Assembly (NCBI GenBank): GCA_009391835.1
Contig: QWJF01000007.1
Coordinates: 722-64,721 of the forward strand
Length of the DNA stretch: 64,000 nucleotides
Direction: 5' to 3'
DNA from: Chloroflexota bacterium
GTDB taxonomy: Bacteria; Chloroflexota; Anaerolineae; Anaerolineales; UBA11579
Made by a program: the position numbers and the translations under genes. Position 1 is the first letter of the stretch. Each line of letters begins with the position of its first letter. The notes below the pieces were generated by a model. That model did no database searches. It was not told the DNA's origin and saw nothing but the letters and a program-made list of their open reading frames with translations. This document shows, one piece after another, positions 34,697-43,687 of this stretch.

Positions 34697-35285
34697 GCGA
34701 TTCAAGCGTGGCCAACATGGCCGCCATCGCTTTGGCTCGATGACTCAGCTTGTTTTTCTCCCCCATTGTGAGTTGCGCCATCGTCTTATTTATACCCGCC
34801 ACTTGAAAAACGGGATCGTAGCCAAATCCGTGAGTCCCCCGTTCAAGCGCCGCGATTTCGCCCAGGCACTCCCCACTAGTAAAATGCAACCCCCCATTCG
34901 GCTCCGCCACGCAAACCGTGCTGCGAAACTTGGCCCGCCAAGGGCCTGAGATCCCATTGAGCTGTTTCAGTAGAAAACGCCGCCGGTCAGCATCATCTGC
35001 ACCCTTTTGCGGCGCGTAACGCGCAGAAAATAAGCCCGGCGCTCCGTTTATCGCTTCAACTTCCAATCCGCTGTCATCCGCCAGTGCCGCAAATCCACTC
35101 GCTGCACAATAAGCCCCTGCCTTCAGAGCGGCGTTTTCTGCGTAATCCGCGCCGTCTTCCACCACATCCAGGGCAATCCCCAGCTCCTCTGGCGTGTGCA
35201 AGCGCAGAAAATCTGCACCGGCGAGCAGGCTGCGCATTTCTGCTATTTTTCCTGGATTTGTTGTGGCCAGCAGCAGATCAAGCAT
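34683..35285 (-). CDS. rdgB: RdgB/HAM1 non-canonical purine NTP pyrophosphatase
   Basis: LLATTNPGKIAEMRSLL, ..EDGADYAENAALKA.. and FGYDPVF motifs. Confidence 0.9.
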   Translation of the reverse strand: MLDLLLATTNPGKIAEMRSLLAGADFLRLHTPEELGIALDVVEDGADYAENAALKAGAYCAASGFAALADDSGLEVEAINGAPGLFSARYAPQKGADDADRRRFLLKQLNGISGPWRAKFRSTVCVAEPNGGLHFTSGECLGEIAALERGTHGFGYDPVFQVAGINKTMAQLTMGEKNKLSHRAKAMAAMLATLESLNPG

Positions 35286-35380
35286 GTCTTTCTCTTTTCA
35301 AGGTAGAATCCTCTGGATAGTACCACGACACAACCTATAGGGGGAGTCGCTTGCGAGTCAGCCACATTTAAGGTTGTCCA

Positions 35381-35409
35381 TTGACCGATTCTGCAATTTT
35401 TGTTATAAT
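35381..35409 (+). promoter_or_regulatory. promoter TTGACC-17-TATAAT
   Basis: -35 at 35381-35386 and -10 at 35404-35409, upstream of yceD/rpoD. Confidence 0.65.
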
Positions 35410-35508
35410 TTTTCTAGGTTTTATAGAATCCTTTGCAAAAAGCATTGCATCGGGCCCCCAGACAACGGATGGCAACTAATAATCGTACTCGAAGCCCCAA
35501 GCAGGATC

Positions 35509-36027
35509 ATGACTCAGCACATTAATCCCTTATGGATAAATGTCGGCTTCATCGTCAAGGCCGACGCGGGCTACAGCCGCACCTTCGATTTCGAGTTGCC
35601 CGAAGTCTTTCTAGCCCCCGATCTGTCGCTCAACGATTTGGTCGGCACCGCCCGCTTCAGCCGTACGCCGCAGGGCCTGGTTATGGACGTGTTTCTCAGC
35701 GCGCGTACGCCAGGCGAGTGTGCGCGTTGCCTTGATCCCGTCGACCAGGCCATCGCCACTCAGTTTACCGAGCTGTACGCCTTCAATGAACGCTCCGCCA
35801 CCGAATCACAACTTATCTTGCCCGCCAACCACCAAATCGATCTGGCTCCTCTCGTGCGCGAATATATGATTCTGGATATGCCCATGAATCCCCTCTGCCA
35901 AAAGGATTGCCAGGGCCTCTGCCCTGTCTGCGGCATCAATCGCAACCACGAGAATTGCGACCACGTCCCCTCGGACATTGACCCCCGACTCGCCACCCTT
36001 AAGGATCTCTTAGATCCCCAAGACTGA
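35509..36027 (+). CDS. yceD: YceD/DUF177 family protein
   Basis: MTQHINPLWINVGFI.. and the C-terminal CQGLCPVCGINRNHENC metal-knuckle typical of DUF177. The ORF-track N-terminal extension was rejected. Confidence 0.8.
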   Translation: MTQHINPLWINVGFIVKADAGYSRTFDFELPEVFLAPDLSLNDLVGTARFSRTPQGLVMDVFLSARTPGECARCLDPVDQAIATQFTELYAFNERSATESQLILPANHQIDLAPLVREYMILDMPMNPLCQKDCQGLCPVCGINRNHENCDHVPSDIDPRLATLKDLLDPQD

Positions 36028-36073
36028 AAGCCAGTCGGGCGCGATTGTGTTGGCGCCCGGCCCTGGAGGAACC

Positions 36074-37234
36074 ATGTCCTATCCTTCCGATTCCTTAGAA
36101 AGCTCAAGCTCCGAAGATTTGCTCTTCGACACCGAAGAAGACGAAAGCTCGGAAGAAACTGTGGAGCGTGTTGAAATCTTTCTCAAGACGGATAAGGATT
36201 TCGACCGTTTACGCCTGCATTTTTACGATCAAATCGGCGCCGACGAAGAGGCCGCTGAGGACAATGACCTTCCCAAGAATCTGTATGATTACTCGGTTCC
36301 CAAAGCCTACGAGCTGCCTCAGGACGAGGCTATCGATTCAGTCGGCCTCTACCTGAAAGAAATGTCAAATGTTCCCCTGCTCAATATGGAGCAGGAAGTT
36401 GATTTGGCCAAACGCATCGAATCGGCCAAAAAAGCCAACCGTAAATCAAAGAAGATGGAAGGCAAGCTCACCGAACAAAAAGCCTCCGAAATCCATTTCT
36501 TGGTTGAGGACGGCCGACTGGCTCGCGAACACCTCATTAAGGCCAATACCCGCTTGGTGGTTAGCATTGCCAAAAAATATATGGGCCGCGGCGTCCCCTT
36601 CTTAGATCTGATTCAGGAGGGCAACCTTGGTCTGATGAAAGCCGTCACCAAATTCGATTACCGTCGCGGCTTCCGCTTCTCCACCTACGCCACGTGGTGG
36701 ATCCGCCAAACCATAACTCGCTCCATTGCGGATCAGGGCCGCACCATTCGCGTCCCCGTACACATGATTGATCGCATCCGCCAACTCTACAAGACGGCTC
36801 ATCTGCTTGAGCAGCGCCTCGGCCATCCGCCAAGTGTCGACGAATTGGCCAAAACGCTCGAGGAAGACACCGAGAAAGTTGAATGGATGCTGCAGGTCTC
36901 CTGGCTACCCCTCTCCTTGGAAAGCCCCGTCGGCGACGAAGAGGATTCGGAATTGGGCATGTTCGTCGAAGACGAAAACAGCGCCAGCCCCAGCGAAACC
37001 GCCTACGACAACATGATGATTGAAAAGGTCCACCAGGTGCTCGCCACTCTCAGCCCGCGCGAATCTCGTATTCTGCGCCTGCGCTTTGGTCTCGAAAATG
37101 GCCGCACCTATACGCTCGAAGAAGTTGGCGAGAAATTTGGCCTCACCCGCGAGCGCATCCGCCAGATTGAGGGCAAAGCCCTTCGCCGTTTGCGTCATCC
37201 GATGCGCGCCCGGCAGCTAAAAGATTACGTGTAG
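36074..37234 (+). CDS. rpoD: primary RNA polymerase sigma factor
   Basis: Acidic N-terminus. Region 1.2 YLKEMSNVPLL, region 2 FLDLIQEGNLGLMKAVTKFDYRRGFRFSTYATWWIRQ, and region 4 LEEVGEKFGLTRERIRQIE. GGAGGA lies before ATG 36074. Confidence 0.92.
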   Translation: MSYPSDSLESSSSEDLLFDTEEDESSEETVERVEIFLKTDKDFDRLRLHFYDQIGADEEAAEDNDLPKNLYDYSVPKAYELPQDEAIDSVGLYLKEMSNVPLLNMEQEVDLAKRIESAKKANRKSKKMEGKLTEQKASEIHFLVEDGRLAREHLIKANTRLVVSIAKKYMGRGVPFLDLIQEGNLGLMKAVTKFDYRRGFRFSTYATWWIRQTITRSIADQGRTIRVPVHMIDRIRQLYKTAHLLEQRLGHPPSVDELAKTLEEDTEKVEWMLQVSWLPLSLESPVGDEEDSELGMFVEDENSASPSETAYDNMMIEKVHQVLATLSPRESRILRLRFGLENGRTYTLEEVGEKFGLTRERIRQIEGKALRRLRHPMRARQLKDYV

Positions 37235-37264
37235 CTCGCCCATAAGGTAGCGATGGATCCCAAC

Positions 37265-37293
37265 AAAAAAGGCCGCTTGAGCGGCCTTTTTTT
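37265..37293. terminator. bidirectional intrinsic terminator
   Basis: Stem AGGCCGC/GCGGCCT flanked by AAAAAA and TTTTTTT. Confidence 0.8.
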
Positions 37294-37314
37294 ATGATTT
37301 CTAGCTATTTGCTA

Positions 37315-37674
37315 TTAATTTAGCAACTCTGGCTTTTGCGCGTCCCGTTCTACCTTGCGCTTCCGCCGCCAACTGAGCAGTCCCGAAAGCGCCGCGCCCA
37401 ACAGCAGCACGCCCGCGTCATCCGCCGGGCCTGCCACCAAATCAGGCAGCACCGCATACAGCCCCCCAACCACGGCCGGAAACCACGCATAATTTCGGAT
37501 GGAGATAAATAAGTAGGCTGAAAAACCTGCCAGCACCACAAAAGTGCCAACGCTTAAAATCACCCCCGTTTTGAAATCCCAACCGATCGAACCGCCGATC
37601 AGGGCCACTACCGCCAGTCCCATCGCCAGCGCCAGGAACACAAAGCCCAATACCGCCCGTCGCCGATCGCTCAT
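37315..37674 (-). CDS. membrane protein (3-4 TM), unknown function
   Basis: 119-aa hydrophobic ORF, 8 nt downstream of the Nfu-type gene. Confidence 0.6.
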   Translation of the reverse strand: MSDRRRAVLGFVFLALAMGLAVVALIGGSIGWDFKTGVILSVGTFVVLAGFSAYLFISIRNYAWFPAVVGGLYAVLPDLVAGPADDAGVLLLGAALSGLLSWRRKRKVERDAQKPELLN

Positions 37675-37682
37675 GATTGCCC

Positions 37683-38354
37683 TTATTGGTTGAACGGCGA
37701 CGCCCCGCCCATCGCTTCGGCTGCCTCTGCCGAATAATAGGGCTGCTCGCCCTCTTCATGCTCCGTCATATCAATAATGCCTTCAATTTCGGGCACTGCC
37801 TGCAAAATCGCCGTCTCGATCCCTTGGCGCAGCGTCACTGCGGAGAGCCCGCAGCCCTGGCAGCCGCCACCCATTTCCACGTACGCTTGCTTCTCGCGCA
37901 CATCCTCCAACCGCACCCAGCCGCCGTGCCCGGCCACGCCCGGATTGATGTACTCATCAATCACCGTCTGCACCTTCTGCGCAATCGGATCGTCCCATTG
38001 CTTGCCGGGTTCCGCCTCCGGCGCATACATGCTCTCGCGTGGGTATTCAATATTGAAACCCGCCGAATAGCGGCTTTCGTCAAAATCCACTCTCGAGCCC
38101 TGAATTTTCTGGGCCACATCCGGCTCGAAAAGGAAATCCACAGTGCCGATCCGCTGCACGATATCGTCGGCGCCCGCCTCATCCAGCCCCATAAACTTGA
38201 ATTCAGTCTGGTAGCCGCCGCCTGGCAGAGAACCGCGAATCGCCACCCGAACAGCTAAATCATCTCGCTCACGGCTGGCGATCAACTCGGCGATCTTTTC
38301 TGCCGCCGGTTGGCTTACATCCAGGATATTTTCATTGTTGATGGTTTCGCTCAT
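37683..38354 (-). CDS. Fe-S cluster biogenesis protein, IscA/HesB-like N-domain fused to NifU C-terminal domain (NfuA-like)
   Basis: ATG 38354 gives MSETINN.. C-terminal domain with GGGCQGCGLSAVTL CxxC. Confidence 0.8.
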   Translation of the reverse strand: MSETINNENILDVSQPAAEKIAELIASRERDDLAVRVAIRGSLPGGGYQTEFKFMGLDEAGADDIVQRIGTVDFLFEPDVAQKIQGSRVDFDESRYSAGFNIEYPRESMYAPEAEPGKQWDDPIAQKVQTVIDEYINPGVAGHGGWVRLEDVREKQAYVEMGGGCQGCGLSAVTLRQGIETAILQAVPEIEGIIDMTEHEEGEQPYYSAEAAEAMGGASPFNQ

Positions 38355-38418
38355 AATGTTCCTATTGCTCTTATTTACACAATCCGCTCCATTATATCGC
38401 ACCACTCATAAAAGTAGT

Positions 38419-39588
38419 CTACCTCGCGTTGGGTTTCTCTCTTAGCCTGGGGAGTGGAGAAAAAAGAATGGGTAGAACCGCAAGCCACAACCCGAAGGCT
38501 CCTACGAAAAGAGTTGGCTTTAATCCAATCCCTTTTCCCAAGGCTCCTCCCAACAATGACCCCAGTGGAAGGGCGCGTGTGACAAAAAAGCGATAACTCG
38601 CGTTCATGCGCCACAAAAGTGCTTGCGGGGTGATTCTTTGTCGAAGACTTATGAAATGCACATTGCTCAAGGCCCCGCCAAAGCTGGTAAGAATATAAGA
38701 AAGCACAAGTATCAAGGCGGTCATAGTGCCGCTGGCCAGCGGGATAAGAATCGGCCCCAAACGGGCCGTCACAACTCCCACTACCAAGGTGCGCCCTACA
38801 CCCAGGCGCTTCGCGATACCTTTGGCCGCCAACGAACCAACCAGCGCTCCAATGTTGCCTGCCGAGATGATCAAACCCAAAAATCCTGCGCTGATTCTTA
38901 GATCCTTTGTTGCGTAAAGCACAAAGGCCGAAAAGATCGTCATCCAAAAGAAATTGTAGATGGTGGCCTCGCCCATCAAAGCCCTAAGGCGTTTATCCCC
39001 GAACACCACCCGCAACCCCGCCTTGATTTGCATTATTATGGTCTCGCTCTTAATATCAACCTTCTCCAGTTGCTCAGGTTCTTGAATAAGGCTCAACCCC
39101 ACCGCCGACACTACGTACGAGAAGGCATCAGCGAGTATTGCCATTGGTGCCGTTATGCGCTCAACAAGGATGCCTGCCAGACCGGGCCCTCCAATCTCAG
39201 CTGCAGAGGAACTGGCAATCAATTTACTGTTGGCATCCACCAACTCTTCAGGAGCCACCAATGAGGGCAGGTAAGCCTGGTAACCCAGATCGAAGAAAAC
39301 ACTGAATACGCCAATGGCGAATCCGATCAGATATAGATATTCAATTTGTAGCGCATTTACGGCCAACAGGATAGGGATCAAGCTGAGCATCAACCCGCGC
39401 GCTAGGTTCGAAATGATCATCACCTGTCGCTTAGGCAGACGGTCCACCGCCACGCCAGCAAAAAGTGTCACCAGCAAGTAAGGGGCGAATTGCGCCGCGC
39501 CCAGTAGGCCCATTTGGGTCGCCCCGACGTGTAAAACGTTAATTGCAGTCAGTGGGATTGCCAGGACACTCACTTGAGTGCCAAACAA
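38419..39588 (-). CDS. MFS transporter (MFS_3/EntS-like subfamily), start unresolved
   Basis: VDRLPKRQVMIISN motif and 12 TM helices. The frame is open upstream to 39651 (..NADFLKLWASESISLFGTQV) with no ATG/GTG there; the first canonical start is TTG 39588. Confidence 0.75.
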   Translation of the reverse strand: MFGTQVSVLAIPLTAINVLHVGATQMGLLGAAQFAPYLLVTLFAGVAVDRLPKRQVMIISNLARGLMLSLIPILLAVNALQIEYLYLIGFAIGVFSVFFDLGYQAYLPSLVAPEELVDANSKLIASSSAAEIGGPGLAGILVERITAPMAILADAFSYVVSAVGLSLIQEPEQLEKVDIKSETIIMQIKAGLRVVFGDKRLRALMGEATIYNFFWMTIFSAFVLYATKDLRISAGFLGLIISAGNIGALVGSLAAKGIAKRLGVGRTLVVGVVTARLGPILIPLASGTMTALILVLSYILTSFGGALSNVHFISLRQRITPQALLWRMNASYRFFVTRALPLGSLLGGALGKGIGLKPTLFVGAFGLWLAVLPILFSPLPRLREKPNAR

Positions 39589-39692
39589 AGAGATGCTTTC
39601 ACTGGCCCAGAGTTTCAGAAAATCTGCATTCCCCCAAGTTCCATGCTCCTTTTAGCCAACGGCAGGGACTGCTCGTTTGACGTAGTTTTGAT

Positions 39693-39721
39693 TTGACATC
39701 AATAACCTAACCTTCTATAAT
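39693..39721 (+). promoter_or_regulatory. perfect consensus promoter TTGACA-17-TATAAT
   Basis: -35 at 39693-39698 and -10 at 39716-39721, directed at the CGNR gene. Confidence 0.7.
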
Positions 39722-39786
39722 GTGGTTGAAAGTTAGAGTATAGACGCGATAATCTAACCTGTCAATTCTGTATAGAGAGTTAGTAT

Positions 39787-40422
39787 TTGGATATTTTCCT
39801 TGATTCCTCTGGTTACGAAGGCACATACGAAGCCATCGCTGGCCACTCTGTTATCGATTTCGCCAATACCATAAGCAATCGCCGCAGCCCGCGTGAGCAT
39901 GAATGGCTGGATAGCTATACGAATCTTTTAGCCTGGTGTGGCCTGGCTGGCTTGCTGGACTCCGCTCAGATCCGCGCATTGCAGGAAAAATCCGCCCAGC
40001 AACCGCGCAATTCGAAAAACGTTTTGGCAGATGCCCGTCGGCTGCGTGAAGCCATTTACTCACTCATCGCCGACGCTGCATCCAGTCGCGAACCCCACCC
40101 CGAAGTCTTGCAAGTCTTTAACGATTATCTGACCCGCGCAACAGCTCAAGGCGCCCTCCAGCATTCCTCTGGCAAATTCGCTTGGCAATCCATCCCTCAG
40201 GATCCCTCTTTGGAAGCAATGCTCTGGCCCCTCGCTCGTTCTGCCGCCGACCTGCTCTTGGGTCCCGAGTTGACTTATGTCGGGGAATGCGAAGGCGAGG
40301 GCTGTGGATGGCTCTTCATAGACGAAAGCCGTAACCACAGCCGTCGCTGGTGCAACATGAATGATTGCGGTAACCGTGCCAAGGCGAAACGCCATTACCA
40401 GCGCGCGAAAGCCGCCTCTTGA
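39787..40422 (+). CDS. ABATE domain / CGNR zinc-finger putative regulator
   Basis: C-terminal CGWLFIDESRNHSRRWCNMNDCGNRAKAKRHY, which is the zf-CGNR signature. TTG start. Confidence 0.85.
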   Translation: MDIFLDSSGYEGTYEAIAGHSVIDFANTISNRRSPREHEWLDSYTNLLAWCGLAGLLDSAQIRALQEKSAQQPRNSKNVLADARRLREAIYSLIADAASSREPHPEVLQVFNDYLTRATAQGALQHSSGKFAWQSIPQDPSLEAMLWPLARSAADLLLGPELTYVGECEGEGCGWLFIDESRNHSRRWCNMNDCGNRAKAKRHYQRAKAAS

Positions 40423-40447
40423 CATTCACGACTATATTTCTTAAACT
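40419..40447 (+). promoter_or_regulatory. promoter TTGACA-17-TAAACT overlapping the CGNR stop codon
   Basis: -35 at 40419-40424 and -10 at 40442-40447. Confidence 0.5.
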
Positions 40448-40456
40448 TGCGCTCAT

Positions 40457-40549
40457 ATGAATACGGTTTATCTTCCATTGCTGGCTGCTCTTTTGGCCTT
40501 GATCATGCCCCGCCAATCCTTGGCCCGGGCAGTTCAGCGCGTACGCTAA
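40457..40549 (+). CDS. candidate 30-aa hydrophobic micro-ORF (near leaderless)
   Basis: ATG 40457 lies about 3 nt after the predicted TSS: MNTVYLPLLAALLALIMPRQSLARAVQRVR, then TAA at 40547-40549. There is no SD. Speculative. Confidence 0.25.
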   Translation: MNTVYLPLLAALLALIMPRQSLARAVQRVR

Positions 40550-40570
40550 CCAGCGTTACCGTTGCACATC

Positions 40571-40596
40571 AAGCTGCCCTCGGGCAGCTTTTTTGT
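40571..40596 (+). terminator. intrinsic terminator 40 nt upstream of metG
   Basis: Stem AAGCTGCCC/GGGCAGCTT with TTTTTTG. Confidence 0.75.
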
Positions 40597-40636
40597 TTAA
40601 CTCTTGTATACTGGCCCTTTAGGAGAAAGAGAAATC

Positions 40637-42421
40637 ATGTCACAACACATCCTCGTCGCAGTTGCCTGGCCCTACGCCAGCGCTGATATCCATGTCGGCA
40701 ATGTCGCTGGCTCCTATTTGCCCGCCGACATCTTTGCTCGCTATCACCGTCTAAAGGGCAATCACGTGCTTATGGTTTCCGGCTCGGATGCCCACGGCAC
40801 CCCCATCACGGTCAAAGCAGATGCCGAAGGGCTGCCCCCCGTTGAGGTTTTCCAACGCTACCACGCCGATTTCGTCAGCCTCTTTCAGCAGCTCGGCCTC
40901 AACTATGATCTCTTTACCAGCACCCACACGGAGAATCACGCCAAAGTCTCTCAGGCCATCTTCCTCGCCCTCAACGAGAACGGTTTCCTCTATCCGGAAG
41001 AGCAGCAGCAATGGTATTCCCCCGCCCTCAAGCGTTTCCTCCCCGATCGCTATGTAGAGGGCACTTGCTACATCTGCGGCTACGAGCAAGCCCGCGGCGA
41101 CCAATGTGATAATTGCGGAAATATCCTCGATGGCACCCAACTTATCAACCCGCGCGCCAAAACCGATGGCTCCACCCCCGAACTGCGCAAAACCTCGCAC
41201 TTCTTCATGGATCTCGCCAAACTCCAGGATCAGGTTGTCGACTTTTTGGAAGCCCGTCAGGACTATTGGCGTCCCAACGTCGTCAAGCGCTCGCTGGGCT
41301 GGATCAAGGCCGAGGGCCTGCGCGGTCGCCCCATCACCCGTGACCTCGATTGGGGCATCCCCGTCCCGGTCGAGGGCTGGGAGGATAAACGCCTCTACGT
41401 TTGGTTCGAAGCCGTCATTGGTTATCTCTCCGCCGCTATCGAATGGGCGCAGCTCAACGGCGAACCCGATGCTTGGCACAAATGGTGGACCGATCCCAAG
41501 GCCCGTGCCTACTACTTCATCGGCAAGGACAACATAGATTTCCACGCCATAATGTGGCCCGCCCAGTTGGCCGGCGTCGGTGAGCAATTTACGCGCATAT
41601 TTGCGAACGAAACGGGCAAACCGCTCAACCTCCCCTACGACGTCCCTGCCAACGAGTTCCTCAACATGGGCGACCGCAAGATTTCCGGCAGCCAGAATTG
41701 GGGCGTTTGGGTCCTCGATTTCCTCACCCGTTACGACCCCGATGCCCTGCGCTACTACATCACCGTCAATATGCCCGAAACCCGCGACGCCAATTGGGAT
41801 TGGGATGACTTTGTCGCCCGTAACAACAACGAGCTGGTCGCCAACTGGGGCAACCTCGTCAACCGCACCCTCTCATTCGCCCACAAGCATTGGAATGGCC
41901 ACTTCCCCGATGCCGGTGACCTACGTCCCCAGGACAAAGCCCTGCTCAAAAAGATCGAGGCCGGCTTTGAAAGTGTCGCCGCTGAACTGGAGGCCGTCCA
42001 CTTACGCGCCGCCCTCAACGAGGCCTTCCGCCTGGCCACGGAAACCAACAAATATCTCGAAGATCAGGCCCCCTGGACTCAGATCAAAACCGATAAGCCG
42101 GCCGCCGGCCAAACCATCTTCACTGCCATCAAAGCCATAGACAATCTCAAGCTCCTCCTAGCCCCATTCCTGCCCCACACCGCCGAACAGCTTCATCACA
42201 TCCTCGGCTACAAACAGCCCCTCTTCGGCGAGCAATACACGCAATCCGTTTCGGACGATCTCGGCGAGCGTATCGCCTTGCGCTACAAGACCGGGGCCGC
42301 CATCGGAGCTTGGCTCCCCAGCCAACTCCAGCCCGGCAAATTCTTTAATCCCCCCGTGCCACTTTTCAAAAAACTCGAGCCGGAAATCGCCGACCAGGAA
42401 CGCGCCCGCCTGGGTCACTAG
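40637..42421 (+). CDS. metG: methionyl-tRNA synthetase (no C-terminal tRNA-binding extension)
   Basis: AGGAGA RBS. WPYASADIHVGNVAGS (HIGH-type), the zinc knuckle CYICGYEQARGDQCDNCG, and KISGSQ (KMSKS-type). Confidence 0.92.
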   Translation: MSQHILVAVAWPYASADIHVGNVAGSYLPADIFARYHRLKGNHVLMVSGSDAHGTPITVKADAEGLPPVEVFQRYHADFVSLFQQLGLNYDLFTSTHTENHAKVSQAIFLALNENGFLYPEEQQQWYSPALKRFLPDRYVEGTCYICGYEQARGDQCDNCGNILDGTQLINPRAKTDGSTPELRKTSHFFMDLAKLQDQVVDFLEARQDYWRPNVVKRSLGWIKAEGLRGRPITRDLDWGIPVPVEGWEDKRLYVWFEAVIGYLSAAIEWAQLNGEPDAWHKWWTDPKARAYYFIGKDNIDFHAIMWPAQLAGVGEQFTRIFANETGKPLNLPYDVPANEFLNMGDRKISGSQNWGVWVLDFLTRYDPDALRYYITVNMPETRDANWDWDDFVARNNNELVANWGNLVNRTLSFAHKHWNGHFPDAGDLRPQDKALLKKIEAGFESVAAELEAVHLRAALNEAFRLATETNKYLEDQAPWTQIKTDKPAAGQTIFTAIKAIDNLKLLLAPFLPHTAEQLHHILGYKQPLFGEQYTQSVSDDLGERIALRYKTGAAIGAWLPSQLQPGKFFNPPVPLFKKLEPEIADQERARLGH

Positions 42422-42517
42422 CGCGTACATTTGTACTGTAAAAAGCTTCTCAAGCATGCCTCGCCATTCCCCAAGCCCGTTTCCTTCGATAAATGTTTCA
42501 TGCTATAACCAAACAGT

Positions 42518-43192
42518 ATGAATTCCTCTTACGTGTCAATCCTTTTGGTTATCAGCATGGCGATAGTTATCGTGCTCCCCGCGCGGCGCGGCAGCCCTGG
42601 ATTGGGCGTGCTTGCCGGTCTCGCCCTCGCCGCGGGTGCTATCCTGTGGCGCAGCCAGGCTCTGGCAGATTTCGGATTCGCCCCACCTGAAAGCGCTACA
42701 TCGACTCTCCTTCTCAGCCTGGTGCTGGGCCTGGGGCTTGCGCTGGCCTCTCAAATGCTTATCGATCCAGTGGTTGAGAAACTTACCAAACAGCCCCACT
42801 ATATTAGTGCTGTGAAAGCCGTGCGTGGCAATATCGCAAATTTGTTAATCACATTGCTTGCGGTTTGGATTCTGGTTGCTTTTGTGGAAGAATTTCTTTA
42901 CCGTGGCTTTATCCTTACTGAATTGCTGAATATTGTAGGACGCCAGCCACTCGGCCTTTTCATCGCTCTACTAACCGGCGCGATTCTGTTTGGTTTGTCT
43001 CACTCCTATCAGGGGATTAGTGGCGTTTGGAGCACCGGCATACTGGGTTTGGTTTTTGGCCTTATCTTCATATATTCTGGATTTAATCTCTGGCTGCCCA
43101 TACTCACTCATGGCGTAATTGATACTGTTTTGCTGATATTTATTTTTCTCAATGTGGATCAAAAACTAAAACACCTCTTAATTCGCCCCTGA
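42518..43192 (+). CDS. CPBP family intramembrane glutamic endopeptidase (CAAX protease-like)
   Basis: EEFLYRG, FGLSH and THGVID motifs in TM helices. Confidence 0.8.
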   Translation: MNSSYVSILLVISMAIVIVLPARRGSPGLGVLAGLALAAGAILWRSQALADFGFAPPESATSTLLLSLVLGLGLALASQMLIDPVVEKLTKQPHYISAVKAVRGNIANLLITLLAVWILVAFVEEFLYRGFILTELLNIVGRQPLGLFIALLTGAILFGLSHSYQGISGVWSTGILGLVFGLIFIYSGFNLWLPILTHGVIDTVLLIFIFLNVDQKLKHLLIRP

Positions 43193-43252
43193 CAGATAAT
43201 TACCAATAGCTGCTTTACCATAAATCAAATAATCTCATTTTTACGCCTGGCC

Positions 43253-43687
43253 TTATGAATCTGCTTTTCTCCGCCACACAAATCCCCCCAGCCCAGTCCA
43301 GAAAAGTATGGCGCCGGCTTTCCCAACATATGAATTAGGGAGAAAACCCAGGGACCGCACAATCCCGCTTGGCAACCACCATAGCGCATCCCCAACTGGG
43401 GCAACAAACGCAAAGAAGAACGAACTGAAGCTGAGCATCCCCAGGAGTGCCAACACCCCGAACACCCAACCATCGGCCCGCACTCCCCCAAAGATCGCCC
43501 TGACAAAAATCACCGTCGCCAGGCCAAAAAGCAAGGTCAACCCCAAAGCCCCCAGCAGCACACGTTGAAATTGAAAAGTGGCCCCTGCCCAATCCTCCAA
43601 TAACCCCCTTGCTCTGTCTGCCCAGATAGCAACCAGCAAAAAACCAATTGCAAACAAAATGGGCTTCCAATTAGATGAATTGTTCAT
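43253..43687 (-). CDS. polytopic membrane protein, unknown function
   Basis: 144-aa ORF with 4 hydrophobic helices. Confidence 0.55.
   Translation of the reverse strand: MNNSSNWKPILFAIGFLLVAIWADRARGLLEDWAGATFQFQRVLLGALGLTLLFGLATVIFVRAIFGGVRADGWVFGVLALLGMLSFSSFFFAFVAPVGDALWWLPSGIVRSLGFLPNSYVGKAGAILFWTGLGGFVWRRKADS

Noticed and set aside
35374-35508. N-terminal extensions offered by the ORF track. Examples: 35374-35508 for yceD, 17642-17722 for csp, 13608-13703 for SRPBCC, 59395-59577 for GNAT, 28352-28444 for the TPR lipoprotein and 32963-33046 for the SH3b lipoprotein
   Set aside because: The extensions lack RBS support and translate to Cys/Arg-rich nonsense or run into the upstream gene. 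They also precede internal ATGs that give a recognisable N-terminus such as a signal peptide or family motif, and several of those ATGs have good SD sequences.
40751-41587. 278-aa minus-strand ORF, plus several plus-strand alternative-frame ORFs, inside metG
   Set aside because: The metG frame carries HIGH/KMSKS-type motifs and a zinc knuckle. The others are frame shadows.
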